A DNA stretch of 64,000 nucleotides, taken from contig CAVZAQ010000005.1 in assembly GCA_963773405.1 (NCBI GenBank), positions 133,113-197,112 on the forward strand. The letters are read 5' to 3'. Positions 1-8,853 of the stretch are shown piece after piece. Each line of letters opens with the position of its first letter. The stretch's first letter is position 1. Source of the DNA: an uncultured Chloroflexia bacterium (GTDB lineage Bacteria > Chloroflexota > Limnocylindria > QHBO01). The position numbers were made by a program, and so were the translations under genes. The notes below the pieces were generated by a model, which did no database searches, was not told where the DNA came from, and was given only the letters and a program-made list of their open reading frames with translations.

Positions 1-716
1 TAGTAGACGACGGCGAGCACCCCGCACATCCCAATCGCGAACCAGGGCGGCGACGAGCCGGTGGCGGCGTCGCGGATGGCGTCCATGCCCCACTTGGGCG
101 CCAGCAGCCAGCCGATCGCCTGCACCCAGAGCGGCAGCGTCGTCACCGGGACCAGCAGGCCGGCGACGAGCCAGATCGGGTATTCGAGCAGGTTGCCCAG
201 GGCGTTGGCATGGCGGTACAGGACGAAGCTGGTGGCGATGAGCATCCCCAGCGATCCGAGCGAGAGGACGGCGGCCGCCAGCGAGAGGGGCAGGACCAGG
301 GGGAAGGTGGCCTGGATGGGCATGCCGAAGAGCAGCGCGCCCCACGCCAGGGTAGCGACGATGCCGTAGAAGCCAAGCACCACGGCCCCGAAGGTCTGGC
401 CGGCGAGGATGTAGTCGTAGCGGCTGGGCGCGGTGACCAGCAGCTCCAGCGTCCCCTCCCAGCGCTGCCAGGCGATGGCCCCGCCGCACCCGAAGAGGGT
501 GGTGCTCCAGACGCCCATCATGCCGGAGCCCAGGGCAACGTAGAGCAGCGTCTGACCTGCGGTCTCACCGCCGGAGTGGAAGAGCAGGAAGCCCAGGGTG
601 GCGAAGATCAGCGGCGTGATGAAGGTGGTCAGGATGAAGAACTCGCTGGCCAGGAGCATCCGGACGTTGAACCAGGTGACGAACCAGACCAGCCGCAGCG
701 CCCGCGGGCCCGTCAC
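1..716 (-). CDS. ABC-2 type exporter permease (3' end beyond window edge)
   Basis: Not in the ORF track because it runs off the edge. Read manually from GTG at 716 (GTGA overlap with the ATPase stop): MTGPRALRLVWFVTWFNVRMLLASEFF...WQRWEGTLELLVTAP...LLEYPIWLVAGLLVPVTTLPLWVQAIGWLLAPKWG. Multiple TM segments and ABC-2 'GTLE' and 'P...LP.W' motifs. Confidence 0.85.
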   Translation of the reverse strand, partial: MTGPRALRLVWFVTWFNVRMLLASEFFILTTFITPLIFATLGFLLFHSGGETAGQTLLYVALGSGMMGVWSTTLFGCGGAIAWQRWEGTLELLVTAPSRYDYILAGQTFGAVVLGFYGIVATLAWGALLFGMPIQATFPLVLPLSLAAAVLSLGSLGMLIATSFVLYRHANALGNLLEYPIWLVAGLLVPVTTLPLWVQAIGWLLAPKWGMDAIRDAATGSSPPWFAIGMCGVLAVVY

Positions 717-1795
717 GAGGCCGCCTCCGCGGCGATCGCCGCTCGGGTCGCGCCATCGGCACCGCCGGTCGTGGCGATCAGGTGCACGTACGCGTCCTCC
801 AGCGTCGGTTCGCGGGCGATCACCTTGCCGACCCGCGTGTCGCCCAGGTGGGCGAGCAGACGCCCGGTGATGCGGGTCCCATGCTCCGACTGGACGAGCA
901 GGATCTGGCTCTGGTCGCGCTCCTCGACGTTGACCTCCACCACATCGGGATCCGCGCGCAGCGCGTCAAGGGCATCGGGCGAGACGCCGAAGGTCTCGAT
1001 CTCGATGATGGTGCGGTTCGCCACCGCTGCCTTGAGGTCGTTCCCGGTACCGAGCGCCACGATCCGTCCGTCGTTGATCACCGCGATCCGGTCGCAGAGC
1101 GCATCGGCCTCGAACATGTAATGGGTGGTGAGCAGGACCGTCTTGCCGGCGTCGACCAGGGACTTCACCGTGTGGCGCAGCTCGCGGGCTCCCACCGGGT
1201 CGAGGCCAATGGAGGGCTCGTCGAGGAAGATCACCTCCGGGTCGTGCAGCAGGCCGCGCGCGATGTGCAGCCGCTGGCGCATGCCACGCGAGTAACCCTC
1301 GACCTTCTCTCCCTCGCGCCCGGTCAGCCCCACCATCTCCAGGAGGGCGCCGATCCGTGCCTTCTGCTCCCCGGGATCCACCCCGTAGAGCTCCGCAAAG
1401 TAGCGCAGGTTGTCCAGGGCGGAGACCCGGTCATAGAGGCCGCGGTCGCCGCCGAAGACGTAGCCGATGCGGCGCCGGACCTCGGTCGTGTCGCGGACGA
1501 CGTCGTAGCCCATCACCCGCGCGCTGCCCGCGGTCGGCAGGAGCAGGGTGATGAGCATCTTGATGGTGGTGGTCTTGCCGGCCCCGTTGGGCCCCAGCAG
1601 CCCGAAGAGCTCGCCGGGGCGCACGGAAAAGCTGACGCCGCGGACCGCTTCGACCTTGATCCGTCGACGGCGCAGGACGCCGAGGTGGGTGTCGTAGGTG
1701 CGAACGAGGTCGAGTGCCTCGATGGCCGGTGCGTCGCGGGAATCGGTCGCGGATGGCGTGACGGTACCCACGCCCGGGGACGGAGGGAGGGTCAT
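713..1795 (-). CDS. ABC transporter ATP-binding protein (DrrA-like)
   Basis: Walker A GPNGAGKTT, signature YSRGMRQR, Walker B IFLDEP, H-loop TTHYM, C-terminal PTLEDAY. Start codon approximate. Confidence 0.93.
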   Translation of the reverse strand: MTLPPSPGVGTVTPSATDSRDAPAIEALDLVRTYDTHLGVLRRRRIKVEAVRGVSFSVRPGELFGLLGPNGAGKTTTIKMLITLLLPTAGSARVMGYDVVRDTTEVRRRIGYVFGGDRGLYDRVSALDNLRYFAELYGVDPGEQKARIGALLEMVGLTGREGEKVEGYSRGMRQRLHIARGLLHDPEVIFLDEPSIGLDPVGARELRHTVKSLVDAGKTVLLTTHYMFEADALCDRIAVINDGRIVALGTGNDLKAAVANRTIIEIETFGVSPDALDALRADPDVVEVNVEERDQSQILLVQSEHGTRITGRLLAHLGDTRVGKVIAREPTLEDAYVHLIATTGGADGATRAAIAAEAAS

Positions 1796-1899
1796 CGGAG
1801 GCGACATTCTACCCGTCGCGATTCGCTACGGTCGACGGCTCGCATTCTCCGTCACACGAGATGACGAAAGCGGCGACCGGGGGAGCCTGGACCGGTGCG

Positions 1900-1931
1900 A
1901 TGAATCTGCTAGCATTTGGTAGCGCATTTAT
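1900..1931. promoter_or_regulatory. AT-rich imperfect palindrome, candidate regulator binding site
   Basis: ATGAATCTGCTAGCATTTGGTAGCGCATTTAT matches its reverse complement at 22 of 32 positions. It is an AT-rich patch in the divergent intergenic region before the LLM-MenA-CPBP operon. Confidence 0.45.
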
Positions 1932-1976
1932 CCGAGCCGATGAGCGCCCACACGGCGCCTGGAGAGAGCGGACCAG

Positions 1977-3083
1977 ATGGAGAGACTGGCGAGACGGGTA
2001 GGGCTGGGCCTGGCGGCGCGCGGCGAGGTGGATGAGGTCGTGTCCTGGGCCTGGGAGGCCCGGCGCGCCGGGCTCGACTCCGTCTGGCTTCACGATTCGT
2101 ATTTCGAGCGTGACGCGGTGACCTACGTGTCCGCGATCGCCTCGGAGCTGGGCGCCGACGAAAGCGAGGACGGCTTCCGCATCGCCCTTGGCGCGGTCAA
2201 CCCCTTCACGCGCCACCCCGTCGTGCTGGCCATGACCGGGTCCGCGCTCGACGAGATGGCGCCGGGGCGGATCGTGCTGGGCATGGGCACCGGTCTCCCG
2301 CTACGGCTCAAGCAGATGGGGATCCCCTACGCGCCGAACGAGGCGGTGGGCCAGGTGAGCCGGGCGATCGACCAGATCCGGACCCTGTGGGCCGGGGAGC
2401 GGCTGCCGTCGGCGACCGAGGGGCTCCCGCCCATCCAGCCCATGTTCGCGCCGCCCCACCGCATCCCCATCGTCATCGCGGCGTACCGCAAGGAGTTCGT
2501 GGCGCTGGCGGGCGAGAAGGCGGACGGCTACCTGGCCAGGCCCGCCGAATCCATCAACTCGCTGCGCGGGAATCACGGACCGCCTGCGCCGCGCAGAGGC
2601 CGATGCCGGACGTGCGGCCGGGACGGTGGAGGCCGCGGGCTACCTGCTCTCGCTTGTGGACAACAGCCGCCGCGAGGCGCTCAACCGCGCCAAGCGCGAG
2701 CCGTTCGTGATCTACATGATGAGCGTCCTCTCGGATATCTCCCTGGCGCGGGCCGGCTTCGAACGCGAGCTGCGGGACGGATCGCCGCCGCCTGGCGGGC
2801 GGAGGAGTTCCACACCGCCGCCGGCCTCATCCCCGACGAGCTGCTCGACGCCTTCATGCTGTGCGGGACGCGCGACCAGGTCGCGATTGGCGCTCTTCGC
2901 TTCCACGAAGAGGCCGGGCTGGACCTGCCGCTCCTCCAGCCGGTCGTGCAGGAGAAGGAGCAGGTCGCGGCGCTGCTGGACGCTGCCGGGATCTTCGCGC
3001 GCATCCCCGAAGGCGCCCGCGAGCCCACGGCGGCGCCGGCCCCCGGCGGGGAGGCGACCCGGCCCGCCGGCCGCGCGCCATGA
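1977..3083 (+). CDS. LLM-class (luciferase-like, Mer-like) flavin/F420-dependent oxidoreductase; two compensating indels near 2570 and 2780
   Basis: GLDSVWLHDS, GAVNPFTRHPVVLAMTGSALDEMAPGRIVLGMGTG, ALAGEKADG. The middle segment is in another frame (VEAAGYLLSLVDNSRREALNRAKREPF). Confidence 0.85.
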   Translation: MERLARRVGLGLAARGEVDEVVSWAWEARRAGLDSVWLHDSYFERDAVTYVSAIASELGADESEDGFRIALGAVNPFTRHPVVLAMTGSALDEMAPGRIVLGMGTGLPLRLKQMGIPYAPNEAVGQVSRAIDQIRTLWAGERLPSATEGLPPIQPMFAPPHRIPIVIAAYRKEFVALAGEKADGYLARPAESINSLRGNHGPPAPRRGRCRTCGRDGGGRGLPALACGQQPPRGAQPRQARAVRDLHDERPLGYLPGAGRLRTRAAGRIAAAWRAEEFHTAAGLIPDELLDAFMLCGTRDQVAIGALRFHEEAGLDLPLLQPVVQEKEQVAALLDAAGIFARIPEGAREPTAAPAPGGEATRPAGRAP

Positions 3084-4014
3084 CCGATCTCCGCACCCCG
3101 TGGGAGCGCGTTCGTCGCCGGGTCGCCGCGATCTACGAAATCGCCCGGCCGTTCGCCTACACCGCGTCGGTGATTCCGGTCGTGGCGGGCGGGGCGCTTG
3201 CCTGGGTCGACGGCAGGTTCAACCTGCTGCTGCTCCTGGCGGCGCTCGCCGGCGGTGTTCTGCTCCACACGGGGACCAACATCGTCAACGAGATCTACGA
3301 CGTGCGCCACGGCATCGACGCCATCACCTCGCCGCGTGCGAGCCACGCCATCGTGAAGGGCCATATCGGTGAGGCGGCGGCATACCGGGTGGCGGTGGTC
3401 GCGTTCATCCTGGCCGCGCTGGTCGGCGATCGCGCTGATCGCCGCGCGCGGCTGGCCCATCGCGCTGCTCGGCGTGATCGGTCTGGCGGGCGGCTACTTC
3501 TACACGGCGCCTCCCTTCCAGTACAAGTTCCGGGCGCTGGGCGTGCCCCTCGTCTTCCTGCAGATGGGGCCGCTGATGACGCTCGGCGGCTACTACGCCG
3601 CGTCGGGCACCTGGTCGCCCGGTTGCCCTGGTCCTCTCGATCCCCATAGGGTTGCTCGTGGCAGCGATCCTCCACGGCAACGAGTGGCGCGACATCAGCG
3701 AGGACACCCGCGCCGGCATTGCGACCCTCTCGAGCGAGATCGGCCGCACCTGGGCGCACTACTCCTACCTTGGCCTCACGCTCGGCGCGTACATCACACT
3801 GGGACTGGCGGTGGCGTTCGGTGCCCTGCCGCCGGCGACGCTGGTGGCGATCCTGTCGCTGCCGCTGCTCGTCATCGTCCTGCGCTCCGCGGAGCTGGGG
3901 GCGAGCGGCCAGGCCCGGGCGATCGCCATGATCGACCTGCAGACCGCGCGGCTCCACGAGACCTTCGGGGCGCTGCTCATTGCCGGGCTGCTGCTCAGCG
4001 TCCTCTTCCGATGA
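3080..4014 (+). CDS. UbiA-superfamily prenyltransferase, MenA-like; indels near 3425 and 3625
   Basis: ATG at 3080 overlaps the LLM stop. ARPFAYTASVIPV, first Asp-rich motif NIVNEIYDVRHGID, YTAPPFQYKFRALG, second motif HGNEWRDISEDTRAGIATL, many TM helices. Confidence 0.85.
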
Positions 4015-4685
4015 GCGCGCGCGCAGGGACCCCGCGCGCACGAGGCGCGCCCACGACGGCCCTCCTGGGAGTTGGCCTGGGTGTCGCCCAGGCAGCCTTC
4101 GCGCTCACCTTCCGTGGTCCGCGGCCGCGGTTCTGGCAGCGGATGACCGCCACCGGCCTGGCCCTTGGCGGACTTGCGTATGCCACCAGCCCCGATGCTC
4201 GCGATGTGCGGATTGGCGGGCGCGAGGTGGCGCTGGGGCTCGCCTCAGCTGCGACCCTGTACGCGACCTTCCAGCTCGGTGACCGGTTCGCCCGTCGCTT
4301 CGTCCCCGGCGGGGAGCGACAGATTGGCGAGATCTACGCCCTCCGCGGTCTGCGCCCGCGCGGGGAGATCGCGGCGCGGCTGGCCACGATCATCGGTCCC
4401 GCGGAAGAGCTCTTCTGGCGCGGATTCGTGCAGCCCGGCTTCGCCGCCAGGCTCGGTCGCTGGCGAGGGGCGGCCGCGGCCGCCGGCGCCTACGCCGGCG
4501 TCCACGTGGTGACGGGAAACGTCACGCTCCTGGGAGCGGCAGGCGTGGCAGGTGCCCATTGGTCTGCGCTGCGCGCCGCCGGGATGCCGATGGGCGCACT
4601 GATCGTCAGCCACGTCGCCTGGGATATCTGGATCTTCCTGGTGCAGCCAACCGAGGGTGGGACCGGAGGCGGCGCGGCGCTCTGA
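4011..4685 (+). CDS. CPBP family intramembrane glutamic endopeptidase (CAAX protease / Abi-like)
   Basis: ATG at 4011 overlaps the prenyltransferase stop. Motifs AEELFWRG, YAGVH and SHVAWD. Confidence 0.88.
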   Translation: MSARAGTPRARGAPTTALLGVGLGVAQAAFALTFRGPRPRFWQRMTATGLALGGLAYATSPDARDVRIGGREVALGLASAATLYATFQLGDRFARRFVPGGERQIGEIYALRGLRPRGEIAARLATIIGPAEELFWRGFVQPGFAARLGRWRGAAAAAGAYAGVHVVTGNVTLLGAAGVAGAHWSALRAAGMPMGALIVSHVAWDIWIFLVQPTEGGTGGGAAL

Positions 4686-4702
4686 GCGCCGGGTCGTCCA
4701 GA

Positions 4703-5188
4703 TCAGCCCCCGGCGGGGACGTTCTCCAACAGGGTCGAGGAGAAGACCACCTGGCCGTCGACAGTCTGCTCGAAGCGAACGGGATGCCCCGGCAGATCGC
4801 GTGCGAACCAGAACCGCCAGGTGGCGTCATCGTCGGTCCGGTCGTAGCGGAAGCAGGCGAAGGTCCCCGCAGGGATCGTCAGCTCCTCTTCCACCCGGAT
4901 CGTCCGGCCCGCGGGGAACGACGCATGCTCCTGGAGCTCAAGCCACGTCGAGCGGCTGCGCTCCGGCTCCCCGAGCGCAGCACCCCGGGGCGACTCCAGC
5001 CAGCTCTCCTGCTCGGCGATCTCCGCGTCCCCGCCCACAAAGCGAGTCACGCGTGTCACCGGGTCCGAGCCGCTCCGTTCGATGCGGAAGCGCAGGGTCC
5101 TGCCCGCCCCCGACGCATCGCGGATCTCGGCCGCGGTGAACGGCGTGGGCAGGTGATCCGGGTAGAGCTGGTGGGGATCCGCGTCCAT
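4703..5188 (-). CDS. hypothetical protein (beta-rich, TIPAGTF motif)
   Basis: MDADPHQLYPDHLPTPFTAAEIRDA...EEELTIPAGTFACFRY...FWFARDLPGHPVRF. Natural-looking composition and codon usage. Confidence 0.7.
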   Translation of the reverse strand: MDADPHQLYPDHLPTPFTAAEIRDASGAGRTLRFRIERSGSDPVTRVTRFVGGDAEIAEQESWLESPRGAALGEPERSRSTWLELQEHASFPAGRTIRVEEELTIPAGTFACFRYDRTDDDATWRFWFARDLPGHPVRFEQTVDGQVVFSSTLLENVPAGG

Positions 5189-5250
5189 CGGCAGCCAGTC
5201 TGGCACGCACGGGCAACCCGGCGCCAGGCTCCGCGCGGGAGCAGGCTCGC

Positions 5251-6872
5251 TCAGCCTCCCCGCCGCCGCCGGCCCGGGGGCTCCCGGAGATTGGCGAGCA
5301 GCGCCTCGGCCCGATCCCTGGCCTGCGGGTCGTCGAAGACCAGCCGCGCGTCGCTGCCGAACCAGTGCAGCCACAGCGCGGGATGTCGGCTGCGGACGGT
5401 GACCACGGCGCCGCGGTCCAGGTTGGTCATGGCTCCGCCGGCTGGCGGGAGCTGGATCTCGAACGGGCCCGTGGGAAGCTCCACGGCGAGCTGCGCTCCA
5501 CCTCCAGGTGCACCCGGCCGCAGCACCCCCGGTGCCGCCTCGACGTCAACGGGCCCGCCCCGTGGTCGTGCCAGCCGCCCGCTCACCCGGGTGGCGATCG
5601 GCGCCTCGGGGGCCGCGCTCTCCCCGCCGGGCACCGGCGCGGAGCCGCCGGGCTCGAGCACGAAGACGGGGTACCCGACCCGACGGCCCAGCAGCAGCAG
5701 CGCGGCCAGGGCCAGAAAGAGGACGGGTGCCAGCCAGAGCCGATCGACCGGGAGCCGCGGGTCGTGATCGAGATAGGCGAAGGGCAGGATGTTCGCCCAG
5801 CCCATCAGCCGGGCGACCCAGGGGAGCGTGATGAGGCTCGCAAGCTGGGCTTCGGCACGCACCTGGTGGCCGACGACGTGGATCGGGACGTCCGGAGGCG
5901 GGATAGGTGGTCTGCACGATGACCGACCGTCCGGCGCCATCGGTCGCCAGCTGCAGGAATGCGCCGCCGGTTGCGAGTCTGCGGGCGTCGCAGGCGGCGC
6001 CGGGCGACGCGGAGGGATCCCCTGCCTCGCAGGCGGCGACCCCGATGCCGAGGAAGCGCAGGTCGAGACGCACCAGCGTGCCCTCGTCGAGCCCCGCGAG
6101 ATCCTGTGCGGCTGCCGATCGAGCGGACACCTCCCTCCGGCGGCTCCACCTCGGCGAGGTAGCGTCCGTTCGTGTCGACCGGGGGGTCGCCCAGCCATCC
6201 GTGGTTGCGCAGGGCCATGGCCGCGCCGGAAAGCTTGGCGCGGTCCACGAGGACCCGCGCGACGACCGCGCGCGAGGCGAAGCCGCCCGGCGGCACCGAC
6301 GACCGCACGAACGCGACGCGTTGGTCCGCGGCGCTGTCGCGAACGGCGTAGAACCAGGTCGGCGTGCCGTCCGCCCGTGGAGGGGCGACGAACGGGACTC
6401 GGAACGCGAGCGCCTGCACCTCCAGGAGCGACACGTCGTTGCCGGTCAGGCGGTCGACGAAGTCGCTGGCCGAGGTGCGCGTCACGATGAGCTCTGCGCC
6501 GGCCTGGAAGAGCGGGACCGTGGAGACCAGGACCAGGAGGCCGATCAGCGCGGGGACGACGCTGGGCCTCGGATCTGTTCTGCGTCTCGCCAGGACGACC
6601 AGGACCAGGAGTGCGGCGGCGGCCACCAGGGCGACCGCCCACGGCAGGTAGGCGCTGAAGTCGCTGAAGGCGGACGGGGCAAGCGCCAGGCCGGCCACGA
6701 CCATGATGGTCCCGAGCAGCGCGGCCCCGACAGGCGCCGTCCGGCGTGCGGTCGGTGCCGCGCTGCCGAAGGCGAGGTCGACGAGCCCGTCCACGGCGCG
6801 AGGCAGCGCGCCGAGGAGCGTCCGCAGCCGAATGATGGGTGTGGCCTCCGGTGGAGCGTGGTCCTCAACCAA
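5251..6872 (-). CDS. hypothetical membrane protein; indels near 6110 and 5890
   Basis: Three consecutive frame segments join into about 540 aa: three N-terminal TM helices, a large soluble region, one further TM (LWLAPVLFLALAALLLLG) and a soluble C-terminal tail. Confidence 0.6.
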
Positions 6873-6917
6873 CTAGGCGGCGGCATGCCTGCAGGTTCAT
6901 GCCCGTCGCGCGGATCG

Positions 6918-7337
6918 TCAGCCGATCGACCAGGTGGTGCCGTTCCAGTATGCATGCAGGAGGCCGCCATCGGTCCCGTTGGCGAACACGTCGATGCGGT
7001 CGGCGCCCCAGGAGCAGGCCGCCGGGTCCGATGCCAGCGATCCGCCAAGCGACTCCCAGGGCTGCCATCCGCTCGGCTGGTACCAGCAGTGCCACAGCGC
7101 ACCGTCGCGGCCGCGAGCGAAGCAGTCGATGCGCTCGGCTCCCCAGGAGCAGGCCGCCGGGTCCCCGACCAGGTCGCCGCCGAGGGGTTCCCAGTCATGC
7201 CAGCGGCTCCCGTCCCAGTAGCGGTTCCAGAGCTGGCCATCACCGAAGATGCTGAAGACCTGCATCTGGTCGGCCGCCCAGGTGGCGACCGCCGGTGCCG
7301 AGACCGGCGCACCTCCCAGGGACTCCCAGGTCGACAT
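6918..7337 (-). CDS. small beta-propeller repeat protein (PLL/fucose-lectin-like, DUF346-type repeats)
   Basis: Three ~46-aa repeats W(E)SLGG...PA(V/A)xxWxxxxxxxFxxxxDGxLxxxxW. RBS GAAAGGAGAG upstream of the ATG at 7337. Confidence 0.8.
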   Translation of the reverse strand: MSTWESLGGAPVSAPAVATWAADQMQVFSIFGDGQLWNRYWDGSRWHDWEPLGGDLVGDPAACSWGAERIDCFARGRDGALWHCWYQPSGWQPWESLGGSLASDPAACSWGADRIDVFANGTDGGLLHAYWNGTTWSIG

Positions 7338-7459
7338 CGGCTCTCCTTTCTCACGTGCAGGATCCATGTCCGGATGGAACCCATCATCGGCCGTTTCCCG
7401 CCTGATGGTCGGCGTGATCCACCGTCCGGAGCGCGCACCGGAAGGGGTAGAGTCGCAGC

Positions 7460-8846
7460 ATGCCTGACTGGAAGACGATCATCGAGCCGTTCCGGATCAA
7501 GAGCGTGGAGCCGGTCCGGATGACGACGCCCGAGGAGCGACAGGAGAAGCTGGAGGCCGCGGGCTACAACATCTTCAACCTCCACTCTGACGACGTCCTG
7601 ATCGACCTGCTGACCGATTCCGGGACCGGGGCCATGTCGGCCGCCCAATGGGCCGGCATCCAGCGCGGCGACGAGTCGTACGCCGGCTCGCCGTCCTGGT
7701 ACCGGTTCCTGGCCGCCGTGCAGGAGCTCTTCCCCTTCAAGCACGTGATCCCCACCCACCAGGGGCGCGCCGCCGAGAAGATCCTCTTCTCCGTGGTCGG
7801 TTCCCCCGGCAAGGCGATTCCCTCGAACACGCATTTCGACACGACGCGCGCCAACGTCGAGCACTCGGGCGCGGAGGCCGTGGACCTCGTCATCGAGGAG
7901 GGCCGCCACCCGGCGACCATCCATCCCTTCAAGGGCAACGTGGACGTCGACGCGCTCGACGCCCTGATCCGCGAGCGCGGTCCGGAGAACGTGCCGGTGG
8001 TGATGGTGACGATCACCAACAACTCGGGCGGCGGCCAGCCGGTAAGCCTGGAGAACCTCCGCGCCGTGCGCGCCGTGTGTGACCGCTACGGGCTCCCGCT
8101 CTTCCTGGACGCGTGCCGCTTCGCCGAGAACGCATGGTTCATCAAGCAGCGCGAACCCGGCTACGCGGACGTCCCGGTGCGGGAGATCGTGCGCCAGATG
8201 GCCGCCTGTGCCGACGGCATGACCATGTCGGCCAAGAAGGACGCCATCGCCAATATCGGCGGCTGGCTGGCAATGAACGATGACGCCTGGGCCCGGCAGT
8301 GCCGGAACATGCTGATCCTCACCGAGGGGTTCCCGACGTACGGCGGCCTGGCCGGGCGCGACCTGGAGGCAATCGCCCAGGGCCTCCGCGAGGTCATCGA
8401 GGAGGACTACCTGCGGTACCGGATCCGTTCGACCGCGTACCTGGGCGACGCGCTCGTGGAGTCCGGGGTGCCGTGCGTGCGTCCCATCGGAGGACACGCG
8501 GTCTACCTCGACGCCGCGGCATTGCTGCCGCATATCCCGGCTCTCCAGTATCCGGGGCAGTCACTCTCCGTGGAGCTCTACCGGGTAGGGTGGCATTCGC
8601 GGCTGCGAGATCGGGACGGTGATGTTCGGCATGCACCCCGACGGCACGGAGACCCCGGCCGACATGGAGCTCGTCCGGCTTGCCATTCCGCGGCGGGTCT
8701 ACACCCAGTCGCACATCGACTACGTGATCGAGGTCGTGCGCGACGTGGCCTCGCGCGCCGCCGAGCTGCCCGGGATGCGGATCATCGAGCAGCCGCCGAC
8801 GCTGCGGCACTTCACCGCTCGCTTCGAGCCGCTTCTCCGGAGCTGA
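7460..8846 (+). CDS. tnaA: tryptophanase (PLP beta-eliminating lyase); indel near 8590
   Basis: EPFRIKSVE, IDLLTDSGT, GDESYAGS, HQGRAAE, PLP lysine SAKKD, EGFPTYGG. The C-terminal frame has EIG and LRHFTARF, the tryptophanase-type rather than tyrosine phenol-lyase (ERG / LRFF) residues. Confidence 0.88.
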
Positions 8847-8853
8847 CCCGTCG

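Noticed and set aside
6918-7337. DNA repeats suggesting a CRISPR array or mobile element
   Set aside because: The repeats are degenerate, in frame and explained by protein blade repeats. There are no spacers or cas genes.
7460-8846. Tyrosine phenol-lyase
   Set aside because: The diagnostic positions read EIG and LRHF (tryptophanase-like), not ERG and LRFF.
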